Below the pieces are notes generated by a model that saw nothing but the letters and a program-made list of their open reading frames with translations, was not told the DNA's origin and ran no database searches. Shown here one piece after another: positions 9,789 to 19,308 of a DNA stretch of 40,679 nt. How positions within the stretch are numbered: the stretch's first letter is position 1; every line of letters begins with the position of its first letter. A program made the translations under genes and the position numbers. Source of the stretch: Bdellovibrionota bacterium (GTDB taxonomy: Bacteria > Bdellovibrionota_C > UBA2361); assembly GCA_044352465.1 (NCBI GenBank), contig JBILDU010000013.1, forward strand, positions 1 to 40,679, written 5' to 3'.

Positions 9789-10374
9789 GGGCCCCCTCCT
9801 CCACCATGCGCAGTTTACCTTCCCTCAGAAACTTCTCGAACGCACTCTCATCAAAACCACGCTGTTCGAGCCGATCGATCGCTGCGTAGTCAAGCCCCGG
9901 CTCGCCCTCACGAAAAGCGGTCTCAAGCTGACTGGCGAAACCTTTACCGGCAAGCACGACATCGGTTGGCTCCGTGCGCACATCGAAATCAGCCGCCCTG
10001 CCCTTAAAAACGACGGTCCGCGCTGTGACCGCGGAGCTATGCAGAAAACCCTCCTCGCCAGCGACCGTTCGTACTCGGTACCAATCGCCCTCTTTTGACA
10101 GCAGGGTTACCTCACTCCCGAAAGGAGCGGCGCTGAGCCCTTGCGCCCAATGCTGCGGCGCTACCCGAAGACGCGACACCTTTACCTGGATAAAAAGTTT
10201 GGCATCGCTCGCCGCTCCGACAAGCGGCGAAAAAAGCATGACGAGCCCCAGGACAAGCCCAAGGAGAAGTACGCTCCATCCCCGCCGCAACGGCAGCGGC
10301 CCCGCAATATGAGGCGCTGACGGGGCGAAGAGAGCGGGGAAATGGGTATGCACAAAGCTTTTTCGACGACTCAT
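9781..10374 (-). CDS. Exported SH3b-domain protein (copy 2)
   Basis: Hydrophobic signal segment, GDWYRVRTVAGEEGFLH, VVLAGKGF, FLREGKL; overlaps the M48 start. Start uncertain. Confidence 0.82.
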   Translation of the reverse strand: MSRRKSFVHTHFPALFAPSAPHIAGPLPLRRGWSVLLLGLVLGLVMLFSPLVGAASDAKLFIQVKVSRLRVAPQHWAQGLSAAPFGSEVTLLSKEGDWYRVRTVAGEEGFLHSSAVTARTVVFKGRAADFDVRTEPTDVVLAGKGFASQLETAFREGEPGLDYAAIDRLEQRGFDESAFEKFLREGKLRMVEEGARG

Positions 10375-10797
10375 TGAGAATATCTCATTCGAAGAACGCT
10401 CGTCCCAACAGAGCGGTGCTGAAGCTCTTAACTAAACACACCAAACGCGGTCTTGGCTTTGAGGCTTCGCGTTCACAAAACCTGGCCACCACGCTTTTTG
10501 GGCGATGCGCCTTTATCTTAGACGACAGCGGCACTCCCGTCACACAAAAGATGTATTCGACTGTCTCAGATAGGCCGATCGTGTCATATCGCTATTCCAC
10601 GGGCAATCACTCAATTTAACTGAGAAAAAGCCTTGCAGTGAGAGCCCTTTTCGTTCTAGAACGAGCGAGTTGGAGAGAGGATAACCTCGGCTTTTTGGAC
10701 CGAAATCGACCATTCAAAGCGAGACTCCCCCCAACCGAACGGGGACGTGCAAAGCTCAAGAACGCAACCCAAAACCGAGAGACCGCAGTTGGCATCG

Positions 10798-11433
10798 ATG
10801 ACCACATCACTCGCCCCCCGGCTTCTCACCCGTTGGTGCAAACTCGCTATATTCATCCTTGTCGCAGTGGGAGGGCTTTACCCGACGACGGCCCTCACCC
10901 AATTCCTCATCATCAACGATTGTAACGGCTTTACCCGTGCCGTTGAGCAGGTAGGCGACAAAGCGCGGAACATCGAGTTAGATGTGTCGAGTGCCCAAGG
11001 TAACGTCAGCAGCGCCCGCGTGAGTCTTACAAACGATGTCACCGGTGAGGTTCATTACGCCGCGGCTAAAGGTGGCAAGGCGACGTTTGGAAATGTGATG
11101 CCGGGAATCTATACGGTCGGCACCGGAGAGACGAACCTCATCATCGGAGCGATAAAGCTCTCGCCACTCCCAATTCTTGGGACCGCCGGCTCCACGATCG
11201 TCGGAGCTCTTGTCGTTGGTGGCGGCGCGACGGCTGGTATCATCGGCGTCGATGCGATCGTCGAGGCCACCGAGGGTGACCCCGGCGACTCGCCACCACC
11301 GCCGACTCCAACCCCCGAACCGCTACCTGACGATTGCGCGGTCTGCGATCCCGACGCGAGCCCGCCCCCCCTCGACGAGGATGATTTTTCCGACCTCCCC
11401 ACCGATACCGCACGACTTTCGCCCGCGAGCTAG
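10798..11433 (+). CDS. Hypothetical exported/membrane protein (beta-sandwich-like domain, Gly/Ala-rich hydrophobic segment, Pro/Asp-rich tail with CxxC)
   Basis: Signal-like N-terminus, GKATFGNVMPGIYTV (transthyretin/carboxypeptidase-regulatory-like), PPPPTPTPEP and CAVC. Confidence 0.65.
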   Translation: MTTSLAPRLLTRWCKLAIFILVAVGGLYPTTALTQFLIINDCNGFTRAVEQVGDKARNIELDVSSAQGNVSSARVSLTNDVTGEVHYAAAKGGKATFGNVMPGIYTVGTGETNLIIGAIKLSPLPILGTAGSTIVGALVVGGGATAGIIGVDAIVEATEGDPGDSPPPPTPTPEPLPDDCAVCDPDASPPPLDEDDFSDLPTDTARLSPAS

Positions 11434-11509
11434 GCTGCTCACATCGGCAATGCAGGCGCGTGTTCCGCCAAAAAAGTCTCTTTCTCAAGCCAGACGTTGA
11501 GCGGGCGGG

Positions 11510-13453
11510 CTACGAGCCTACGATCGGAAGACGAAAGAAAAAGCGGCTGCCCTTCTCAAGTTCGCTCTCAACCTCGAGGGAACCACCGTGTGATCGCACG
11601 ATCCCGCGAGCCGTCGAAAGACCGAGCCCAAGCCCTGCGGAACCGAAGCGATAATCACCCGAGGAATGGTGCAGCACATCCTTCACCTCAAAAAACTTTT
11701 CAAAGATAGCTAGTCGATGCTCGGGAGCGATGCCGATACCGGTGTCCCGCACCGAGAATTCAGCCAGACCAGCGCGAATCTCCGCGCCAACCTCGAGGTG
11801 TCCACCCGGCCGGGTGAAGCGGACACCGTTCGAAACGAGATTTTTCAAAGCGATAAAGAGCAGACCCCGATCCCCTCGAACGTGCGCTGAAAGATCGCAC
11901 CCCCGCACCGTGAGCGACAGACCCTGATCCCGGCAGATCGGTTCAAAAAAAGCGGCGATATCTCCCATGAGCTCACCAATGCTCACCGACGTGTGGGAAC
12001 TCTCCTCATCCAGCCCGCCGTTCCAGGCCACGTGGGCAGCCACTTTTACATCTGCGACGACTCGAGCAAGGCGGGTAACTCCACGCTGGAGGGTCTCACC
12101 CATCGTTCGCCGAACCCGTTCATCCACCAGAAACTGGCCACTGAGGAGCTCCGCAGAGGTCTGGATAACATTAAGTGGGGTCCGCAACTCATGTGCAAGC
12201 AATGCGAGCGCATCGGCGCGCTGCCGATCGATCTGCTCAAGCGCAACCGCCCGCTGGTTCGCCCGCTCAAAAAGAGCGGCGTTATCAAGCGCCAAGGCCG
12301 CCTGATGCCCAAATTGCTCCAGAAACATCAGATCGTGCTCTTCAAAAGCCGCGCCGTCTCGGGGATTGAGCACCTGTAGCGCACCGATCGTAAAATCGCC
12401 TCGCACCGTCAACGGAACACACATCAAACTGCGTGTGGTAAATCCACCTGCGCGATCGATCTCCGAGAAAAATCGGGGATCGGCCTGCACATCCCTGACA
12501 AGAATACCCTCCTGCTTTTCAATGACCCAACCTACAATCCCTTTCGTTGCCGACATCGTGCGCCCCTGCAGCTCCGCATTTGCGCCCCCCTCAAGCGCCC
12601 AAAAAGAGAGCTCTGTTCGGGCTTCATTGAGGAGAAAAATAGTCGCCGCCTCCGCGCTCAAAACCTCTTTGAGGTGGCGTAATGCCACCGTTAAGACCAT
12701 ATGGGTGTCGAGCGAGGAGTTGAGGAGTAAAGGCAAACGAGCGAGCGAGGCGAGCCGCTCAGTCGAAATATGCATCTCCCGGTGGGCCTGCGTCATAATC
12801 TCGATCGATTGCTCGAGCAATCGGGAGAGCTTGCGGAGATTTTCCTCCTTCGTGGGCTGTCGGAGCCGCCGCGCGGCCTCGGTTTGCCAGGTGTGAGTCG
12901 CGACCAAAGCGAAAGTTCGGCGCAGAAAGCGCTCTCGATCCACCCCGAGCTCCAGTCGTTGTAGCTCGCTCTTCTCGAAAAAATCGGGGCGCCCGAAGTT
13001 ACTGAGATCGGCATCGAGTAGAAACCGCGAAAGTCCCGAGGTCGCCACTTGGCGCCGCCCACCTCCACTACTGACTAACCGAGTATCGAGCACCATCCGT
13101 TCAACAGCGGATATCTGCTCGCGGGCGTATCCCTCCTCTTCCATCGCGGCTCGGGCCATGCGGGCCCCAATCACCTCGTTGTCGACGTAGCGCTCCAAAT
13201 ACCCCGCATCGTGGTACGCAGCCGCGATGGCGAGAAGCTCGAGCTCCTGCTGACTGACCTGTCCGTGGTGGCAAAACAACAGCGCTTCTGCCAAGACATC
13301 TTCCGTGTGCCCGACCGAATGATAGAGGAGGTTCGTGGGCAGCTCCCGCCGAAGCCGCTCTAAAATGCGGGCGATAATCGGCCGCGACTGAAGCGCTTGG
13401 ACCAGCGCGTCAACCTGAGCTACCTCTCCCCGTCGATGACGCTCATTACTCAT
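11510..13453 (-). CDS. HD-domain / GAF / histidine kinase
   Basis: YHSVGHT, YHDAG and DADL (HD); GAF (KGIVGWV, SLMCVPL); LAHELRTPL, KNLVSNG, DTGIG and GLGLGL. Confidence 0.9.
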   Translation of the reverse strand: MSNERHRRGEVAQVDALVQALQSRPIIARILERLRRELPTNLLYHSVGHTEDVLAEALLFCHHGQVSQQELELLAIAAAYHDAGYLERYVDNEVIGARMARAAMEEEGYAREQISAVERMVLDTRLVSSGGGRRQVATSGLSRFLLDADLSNFGRPDFFEKSELQRLELGVDRERFLRRTFALVATHTWQTEAARRLRQPTKEENLRKLSRLLEQSIEIMTQAHREMHISTERLASLARLPLLLNSSLDTHMVLTVALRHLKEVLSAEAATIFLLNEARTELSFWALEGGANAELQGRTMSATKGIVGWVIEKQEGILVRDVQADPRFFSEIDRAGGFTTRSLMCVPLTVRGDFTIGALQVLNPRDGAAFEEHDLMFLEQFGHQAALALDNAALFERANQRAVALEQIDRQRADALALLAHELRTPLNVIQTSAELLSGQFLVDERVRRTMGETLQRGVTRLARVVADVKVAAHVAWNGGLDEESSHTSVSIGELMGDIAAFFEPICRDQGLSLTVRGCDLSAHVRGDRGLLFIALKNLVSNGVRFTRPGGHLEVGAEIRAGLAEFSVRDTGIGIAPEHRLAIFEKFFEVKDVLHHSSGDYRFGSAGLGLGLSTARGIVRSHGGSLEVESELEKGSRFFFRLPIVGS

Positions 13454-13532
13454 CGCCCCTCTCTAAATCCATCAAGCTGTTGAGGCCCACGACCAATCAA
13501 GCCGAAGGCAGCCGCCGTGCATGCAGACATCG

Positions 13533-15638
13533 CTACTTCTCGCCCAAAACCCAACCCGTACCCGCCCGTGGAGCACCAGCTTCCCGCTCGATTCGGGCGA
13601 GATACGCCCGCGCTACGGCATCGCTCGGAAGCGTCCTAAAAAGCTCCGCGGCACGAAGCCGGTCTCCAGCTTCAAAGAGCTCGAGCGCTTCCTCATAGCG
13701 CGGTGAGAAATCGGTTGTGGCGCGATACGGTTCGAACACCGTGGTGACCTCGGACTTACCGACGACCTGGATATCGGCGACCTTGCGGAAGAGCACACCG
13801 GAGCCAACCCGTTCGCGCGTCGCGGCCGACACGAGAATATCAGTCCCGAAATACTTATTGGCACCCTCTAAACGGGAAGCCAAGTTCGCGGCATCGCCGA
13901 TCATGGTGTAATTGAACCGCTCCCGCGAGCCAAAATTCCCTACCGAGACGACACCGCTATGAAGCCCCACGCGCATCCGAATCGAGACACCAAAATCACG
14001 ACGAAATTCCTCTTGGAGCTCCTCCAGTCGGGCCTGACACGCGAGCGCCGCCAGAACCCCGCGTGTCGCATGGTCGGTCACTTCCAGTGGTGCGTTCCAA
14101 AAAGCCACGATCGCATCGCCGACGTACTTATCGACGGTTCCACCACTACGCAGGATCACCTCGGTCATCTCGGAGAGAAAGCGGTTTAAGAGGGCAGAGA
14201 GCTGCGCCGCCTCGATCTGCTCCGAAATCGTCGTAAAGCCCGCGATATCGCTAAAAAATATGGTGAGCTCGCGTCGCGCCCCACCGAGCGCAAGCGAAGT
14301 TGGGTCGGCCACTATCTGATCGATAACGCTCGGGCTCACATAGTGACGGAAAGCCTCCTTTATGAAGCGATGTTGTCGCCCCTCCAGCTCGTATTGCAGC
14401 GCGAGCGCTCCGGTAATACCGAGCACGGTGACACCCAGGGGGATGACCATCGGCACCCACCACCCGTATGCAGCCAACTCATAGAGACCGAGGACAGCAC
14501 TCAGGAATAATGCGGTGAGCGCAAGCAATTGAATTCGGACCCGGTGGAAGAAGAGCGCGCTGGCGGTCCCCCCGATCACGAGGAGCCCCGCGAAAAGAGT
14601 GGCCCAGGGCCATCCTACCTTACGAATGAAATCATCGTGCCGTAGGTTGTCGAGCACGGTGGCGTTAAATTCGACACCGGGGTAGTCATGAGCCAACGGT
14701 ATCGGCCGTAGATCAAGGAGCCCCGGCGCGACCATTCCCACAAAGACAAACGCATCTTTAAACTCAGCCGGGTTGAGTACCGGCTTTTCCCCCGCTTTTA
14801 AAGCCACCCAACTCTGGATTATCCCGCCGATACTGAATGTCGGGTAGGTCCGAGCACCGCCATGAAAGCGTACCGCCAGACGGCCGAAATCATCGAGCTG
14901 ATTCGACAACGCCCGGGGAATAGCATTCCCTGTCGCGCGGTGTAGCGCCAGCGGCAACGTGGCTACCGGCACACCACTGACCTCAGCTATCGGCGCAACA
15001 TGCCGAAAAACACCATCGCTATCAGCGTCGGAGGTCACATTGCCTAGCGCGGTAGCACCTTGAAGAATCTCGGGGATTGGGAGCGTCGCGCTCGAATATC
15101 GTGGCATCGTCACGCCGTGAGGCACAAATCCCCGCAGCTCGCGGGCGGACTCCTCTGACCGCGCCCGAAAAAGCTCCACATCGGCAAGAGCCTCGGCGGT
15201 TGTGTCTCGGCGTCCTGCTATCGCCATCACGACGGGCAGTTGTGGCGTTATTGCGGCGACGAAGGCCCGATCGTCGGCAACCCCATACGGTGAAGGCTCA
15301 GTGTATAAGACGTCGAAGGCGACCCCGCGAGCACCGGCATGCTCGAGGAATCGAATGACCGGCTCGTACATCTCTCGCGGCCATTGCCAGAAGATGCTCT
15401 CCTCGCGCGCGTAGTAGTCGAGCGACGTTTGGTCAACAACGATGAGCTTTATCGCGGGATCGGGGGGAGAGCGGTGGACAACCCTCTCGAGACGCCAATC
15501 CCAGGTACGCGCCTCAATCTCGGCGAAGCGCTCCCCGGAAAGCAGAGCACCGGCAAGGAGCGTCAATGCTAACGTGAGAGTGCCCAGGCCAAATAACTTC
15601 CGACGAAAAATCGTCACATCCTCTTTCATCGGACCCAA
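13533..15638 (-). CDS. CHASE2-domain class III adenylate cyclase
   Basis: CHASE2 (WQWPR, VAFDVLY, DSDGVFR, YPGVE) plus three TM helices; catalytic FSDIAGFT, DKYVGD, YTMIGDAANLASRLEG with Lys/Thr at the ATP-specifying positions. Confidence 0.93.
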   Translation of the reverse strand: MGPMKEDVTIFRRKLFGLGTLTLALTLLAGALLSGERFAEIEARTWDWRLERVVHRSPPDPAIKLIVVDQTSLDYYAREESIFWQWPREMYEPVIRFLEHAGARGVAFDVLYTEPSPYGVADDRAFVAAITPQLPVVMAIAGRRDTTAEALADVELFRARSEESARELRGFVPHGVTMPRYSSATLPIPEILQGATALGNVTSDADSDGVFRHVAPIAEVSGVPVATLPLALHRATGNAIPRALSNQLDDFGRLAVRFHGGARTYPTFSIGGIIQSWVALKAGEKPVLNPAEFKDAFVFVGMVAPGLLDLRPIPLAHDYPGVEFNATVLDNLRHDDFIRKVGWPWATLFAGLLVIGGTASALFFHRVRIQLLALTALFLSAVLGLYELAAYGWWVPMVIPLGVTVLGITGALALQYELEGRQHRFIKEAFRHYVSPSVIDQIVADPTSLALGGARRELTIFFSDIAGFTTISEQIEAAQLSALLNRFLSEMTEVILRSGGTVDKYVGDAIVAFWNAPLEVTDHATRGVLAALACQARLEELQEEFRRDFGVSIRMRVGLHSGVVSVGNFGSRERFNYTMIGDAANLASRLEGANKYFGTDILVSAATRERVGSGVLFRKVADIQVVGKSEVTTVFEPYRATTDFSPRYEEALELFEAGDRLRAAELFRTLPSDAVARAYLARIEREAGAPRAGTGWVLGEK

Positions 15639-15664
15639 ATACCATGCGGGAACAAAGACTTCTC

Positions 15665-16609
15665 TTACCTCAGCGGTTTAAGCGCCGTGCGGAAGCGGGC
15701 GAGTCGGACCTGAGTACCCTCAGGGGTACCGTTGGCTGCGAGCATCGCGTCATCGAGCTCACCGAGCCGACGTTTCGGTGCCGGATGTGTGGAGAACCAG
15801 CCGTCATCGCTCCCACGGGTATCCGCCTGCGCCTCAAGCGCCCGGAGCATCGCCACAAGCCCCTGGGGCTCGTAACCGGTACGGCGTAAAACAACGGCAG
15901 CATACTCGTCAGCAGCGTATTCCTGAGAGCGGCTATACCCCTTCGTTAAAAGTGTATCGGTAACGTCTTTCACGCTATCGCCAAACGCGGCGGTCAACTC
16001 AGCCGTGAGCCCACTCGTCGTGGATGCGACCGCCTCCTTACCGAGAATGGTGAGCGCCTCGGTCAAATTCGCTTGAGAAATGGCACTGACCCCGTGTCCT
16101 AAAGCGATGTGGCCGACCTCGTGCGCAAGCACCGCGGCGAGGGCATCCTCATCGGGCATGATCTGTAGAAACCCACGGGTGAGAAAGATGTATCCACCCG
16201 GAGCTGATAACGCATTAATCTCCTCGGTATCGAGGATCTGAATGTGATAGCCACCGAAGGTCTCCGGCCGACTCGAGTGCGCCACGACAGCCGCGCCGAC
16301 CTTGTTCACGTAGGTTTGAACTCCGGCATTTTGATACGGCTGATATCTCGATAAAACGACCGCCGCAACGCCCCTTCCGAGGTAGTATTCCTCTTCTTCG
16401 CTCAACGGTGAGGCCGCCTTCGCGAGTTTACCCCCAGCGCTAAAGAGAGCATCCGCCTGCGATGACGTCACGAGTCCCGTCGAGCTCAAAATCGAGCTGC
16501 CGAGCTGCTGCACCCCCGAACCTGGCGCACAACCGACGAGACTCAAGCCGAGGAGGAGCGAACAGCCAAGCCGAGGAAGAAGAAGACGTTTTGTTACCAT
16601 ACCCATCAC
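15665..16609 (-). CDS. M48-family Zn metallopeptidase lipoprotein (copy 1)
   Basis: Lipobox LVGC, NALSAPGGYIF, HEVGH, QEYAAD, WFSTHP. Confidence 0.92.
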   Translation of the reverse strand: MMGMVTKRLLLPRLGCSLLLGLSLVGCAPGSGVQQLGSSILSSTGLVTSSQADALFSAGGKLAKAASPLSEEEEYYLGRGVAAVVLSRYQPYQNAGVQTYVNKVGAAVVAHSSRPETFGGYHIQILDTEEINALSAPGGYIFLTRGFLQIMPDEDALAAVLAHEVGHIALGHGVSAISQANLTEALTILGKEAVASTTSGLTAELTAAFGDSVKDVTDTLLTKGYSRSQEYAADEYAAVVLRRTGYEPQGLVAMLRALEAQADTRGSDDGWFSTHPAPKRRLGELDDAMLAANGTPEGTQVRLARFRTALKPLR

Positions 16610-17124
16610 CCCTTGCCACCCAGTCGACCGGCCTTCATAAAAGCCGCCAGATCACGGTCGTTAATGGTCATTCGCTCCATCTATTCGACCGCATTAAAAT
16701 TAAGCGACCGGTCTTGCTCAGCGAACTCCCTCTCAACCGCCTTGTTGAAACCTTTACCAGCGAGGACCACATCGGATCGCTCGCTCATACCATCGCCCAT
16801 CGAGCCCCGGGCTGCGAGGACCACCCGTTTGGAGGTTAAGGCCGATTCATGCAGGTAGCCAGATTTCCCTGCCCCAGTTTTGACCTTAAACCACCCATCG
16901 GTAACGCTGACCGTCTCGACCGAATCGCCGTACTTCAGCGCCACGACTGCGCCCGCCCACACCTTCGGCTCGACTCGTACCTTGGTGGTCTTTACCTTGA
17001 CGCTCATCGGCCCAAGGTTCTCCGTCTTCGCTGCGAAGACGGCGCTCGGGAGAATAACCGCGAGGATCAAGGCAGATGTCATGAAGCTCCAAAGAGCCGG
17101 TTTCAGTCGTGCTTGCATGTCCAC
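16606..17124 (-). pseudogene. Exported SH3b-domain protein (copy 1) with in-frame TAG at 16681-16683 (truncated allele, readthrough or sequence error)
   Basis: DGWFKVKTGAGKSGYLH and VVLAGKGF. After the TAG the frame continues MERMTINDRDLAAFMKAGRLGGKG to a TGA overlapping the next ATG, matching the paralog's C-terminus. Confidence 0.7.
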
Positions 17125-17417
17125 TCCAGAAGAGCCTCAAAAGGATCGCGGCATCGCGGGCTTTTGCCACCCCCGATGCACCGTGGGGCCTCTGCGATCA
17201 CTTATCAAATGAGCGTGCCGTTGACGAGCTAAATATCTGCTCTGAAGAGGTATTTAAGGATCGGCTCGGTTGAAAGAGGGCCTCGCCGCGTGCTATACGA
17301 TCAACCTACGTTTAAGGCGAAACTACCTTCACCGGTTATCTCTTCCGATAGGAGAATGACCGTACCTGCTGGGTAACTGAACTCTCCTTTATCTGAGTGT
17401 CGTAAGGTCTACTCCCC

Positions 17418-19214
17418 ATGCATTCTGCGCCGCAGCCTGACCGAGCACCAAACTCTCCTCGAACAGCCCCATCCCCACGAGTGTTGCGGCGACTCCTCGG
17501 ACTTGTGCGGCCGCACCTTGCTATTTTCACTGTTGCGATGTTGGGCCTCGCCCTCGGGAGCGGAGTGAACCTTGCCCTACCCGAGATAATTCGGCGCCTC
17601 ATCGATGGACCGTATGCCGATCTTTTGCGGGAGAATCAAGCCGGTGTCGGCGCTCTCCTCATCGGCCTCTTCGCTCTCCAAGCTGCGGGCTTTTACCTCC
17701 GCGCTTACTTTTTCGGCGTCATCGGTCAACGGGTGGTAGCCACCCTCCGGCGGAATGTGTTTGGCGCGGTGCTCCGGCAGGAGATCACCTTTTTCGATGA
17801 ACGCCGCTCGGGCGACCTCGTCTCGCGGCTCCATGCCGATACTCAGCTTTTACAGGATGCGGTCAGTATTCGACTCTCGATCTTGGTCCGCTACGCCCTA
17901 CAGGTGCTTGTCGGCATCGTCTTGATGGTATGGATTTCACCCCGACTGACCCTCGCCATAATCTTTCTGGTGCCACTCCTCGTCTTCTTTTCGATATTTC
18001 TCGGCCGTAAGCTGCGCCGACTCTCACGCGCTCAGCAGAGTGCACTGGGGGAAGCCACGGTGGTCGCTGAAGAGTCTTTTAGCGCTATCCGGATCGTCAA
18101 AGCCTTCGCGCGTGAAAGGTTCGAACTCAATCGCTACGGACGGGTCAATGACCAGGTTTTGAGCCTTGGGGAGCGGCGGACCACCGTGAGCGCTTTCTTC
18201 TCATCGTTCGTCTCATTCCTCATGAACGGCTGTATCGTACTCGTGCTTCTTTATGGTCTCTCAATCGTGGGGACGGGCGAACTCAGCTCGGGCGACCTCA
18301 TCGCTTTTCTCCTCTACGGCGTTATCGTCGCTGTCTCGTTCGCCTTCATCGCCAGCACCTGGGCTGAAATGATGCAGACAGCCGGTGCGGCCGAAAGGGT
18401 CTTTGAGATCCTCGACCTAACGTCACCGATCGAGCCCGCCGTCGCGACCGCAGTTCCTCCTCGGCTCGTCGACTGGCGGGGCGATGTGGAATTCTCCGCA
18501 GTGACGTTCGCGTACCCCACACGCCCCACCCTCGCGGTGTTGGAGAACATCAGTTTTCGGCTCACGCCGGGCGAATCAACCGCTCTCGTGGGCCCGTCGG
18601 GGTCTGGGAAAAGCACGATGGTGAGCCTCCTCCTCGGATTTTACCGGCCGAATGAGGGGAAGATCGTGTGTGGTGGACACGATCTAGAGCACCTCTCCCT
18701 TGAGGAACTCCGACAACGCATCGCTATTGTTCCCCAAGAGCCACAGCTTTTCGCCACAAGCATCGGCGAGAATCTCCGCTACGGTAAAGAAACTGCCTCG
18801 GAAAGCGAACTCATCAACGCGTGCGCGCAGGCTAACATCCTCGACTTTATTGAGTCGCTCCCGCAGCGCTTCGACACCCCCGTCGGGGAGCGGGGTATTC
18901 AGCTCAGCGCGGGGCAAAAGCAACGGCTCGTCATCGCCCGAGCGATGTTGAAAAATCCGACCCTTCTGATCCTCGACGAGGCAACATCAGCGCTCGATAG
19001 CGAGAACGAATATCTCGTTCAAAAAGCGTTGTCGACCTTGCTGGAAGGACGTACGGCTCTCATTATCGCCCATCGGCTCGCAACGATAAAAAATTGTGAT
19101 CGGCTTGTAGTTGTGGAACGTGGTCGCATCGTTCAGGTCGGTACCCATGAGAGCCTCAGCCGTGGACCGGGACTGTACAGTCAGCTGGTGTCCCGACAGG
19201 AACTTACCTCTTGA
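17418..19214 (+). CDS. ABC exporter, fused TMD-NBD (MsbA/ABCB-like)
   Basis: Multiple TM helices, Walker A GPSGSGKST, signature variant LSAGQKQR, Walker B LILDEATSALD, AHRL. Confidence 0.95.
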   Translation: MHSAPQPDRAPNSPRTAPSPRVLRRLLGLVRPHLAIFTVAMLGLALGSGVNLALPEIIRRLIDGPYADLLRENQAGVGALLIGLFALQAAGFYLRAYFFGVIGQRVVATLRRNVFGAVLRQEITFFDERRSGDLVSRLHADTQLLQDAVSIRLSILVRYALQVLVGIVLMVWISPRLTLAIIFLVPLLVFFSIFLGRKLRRLSRAQQSALGEATVVAEESFSAIRIVKAFARERFELNRYGRVNDQVLSLGERRTTVSAFFSSFVSFLMNGCIVLVLLYGLSIVGTGELSSGDLIAFLLYGVIVAVSFAFIASTWAEMMQTAGAAERVFEILDLTSPIEPAVATAVPPRLVDWRGDVEFSAVTFAYPTRPTLAVLENISFRLTPGESTALVGPSGSGKSTMVSLLLGFYRPNEGKIVCGGHDLEHLSLEELRQRIAIVPQEPQLFATSIGENLRYGKETASESELINACAQANILDFIESLPQRFDTPVGERGIQLSAGQKQRLVIARAMLKNPTLLILDEATSALDSENEYLVQKALSTLLEGRTALIIAHRLATIKNCDRLVVVERGRIVQVGTHESLSRGPGLYSQLVSRQELTS

Positions 19215-19308
19215 GTTTAGAGGCCTTTTTTAAGTCGGCGTGAGGCCATTAAAAAAATGACGGCGAGGGGTTCCTCTGCTATCGTAACACCTCAGGAGCG
19301 GATTATTC

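Noticed and set aside
10715..10795. GGGGACGTGCAAAGC resembling a c-di-GMP-I riboswitch
   Set aside because: Lacks GGCAAA, the GNRA-capped P2 and the receptor stem
16681..16683. Genome-wide TAG reassignment or pyrrolysine
   Set aside because: TAG terminates several full-length genes here (e.g. fliG); no pyl genes seen
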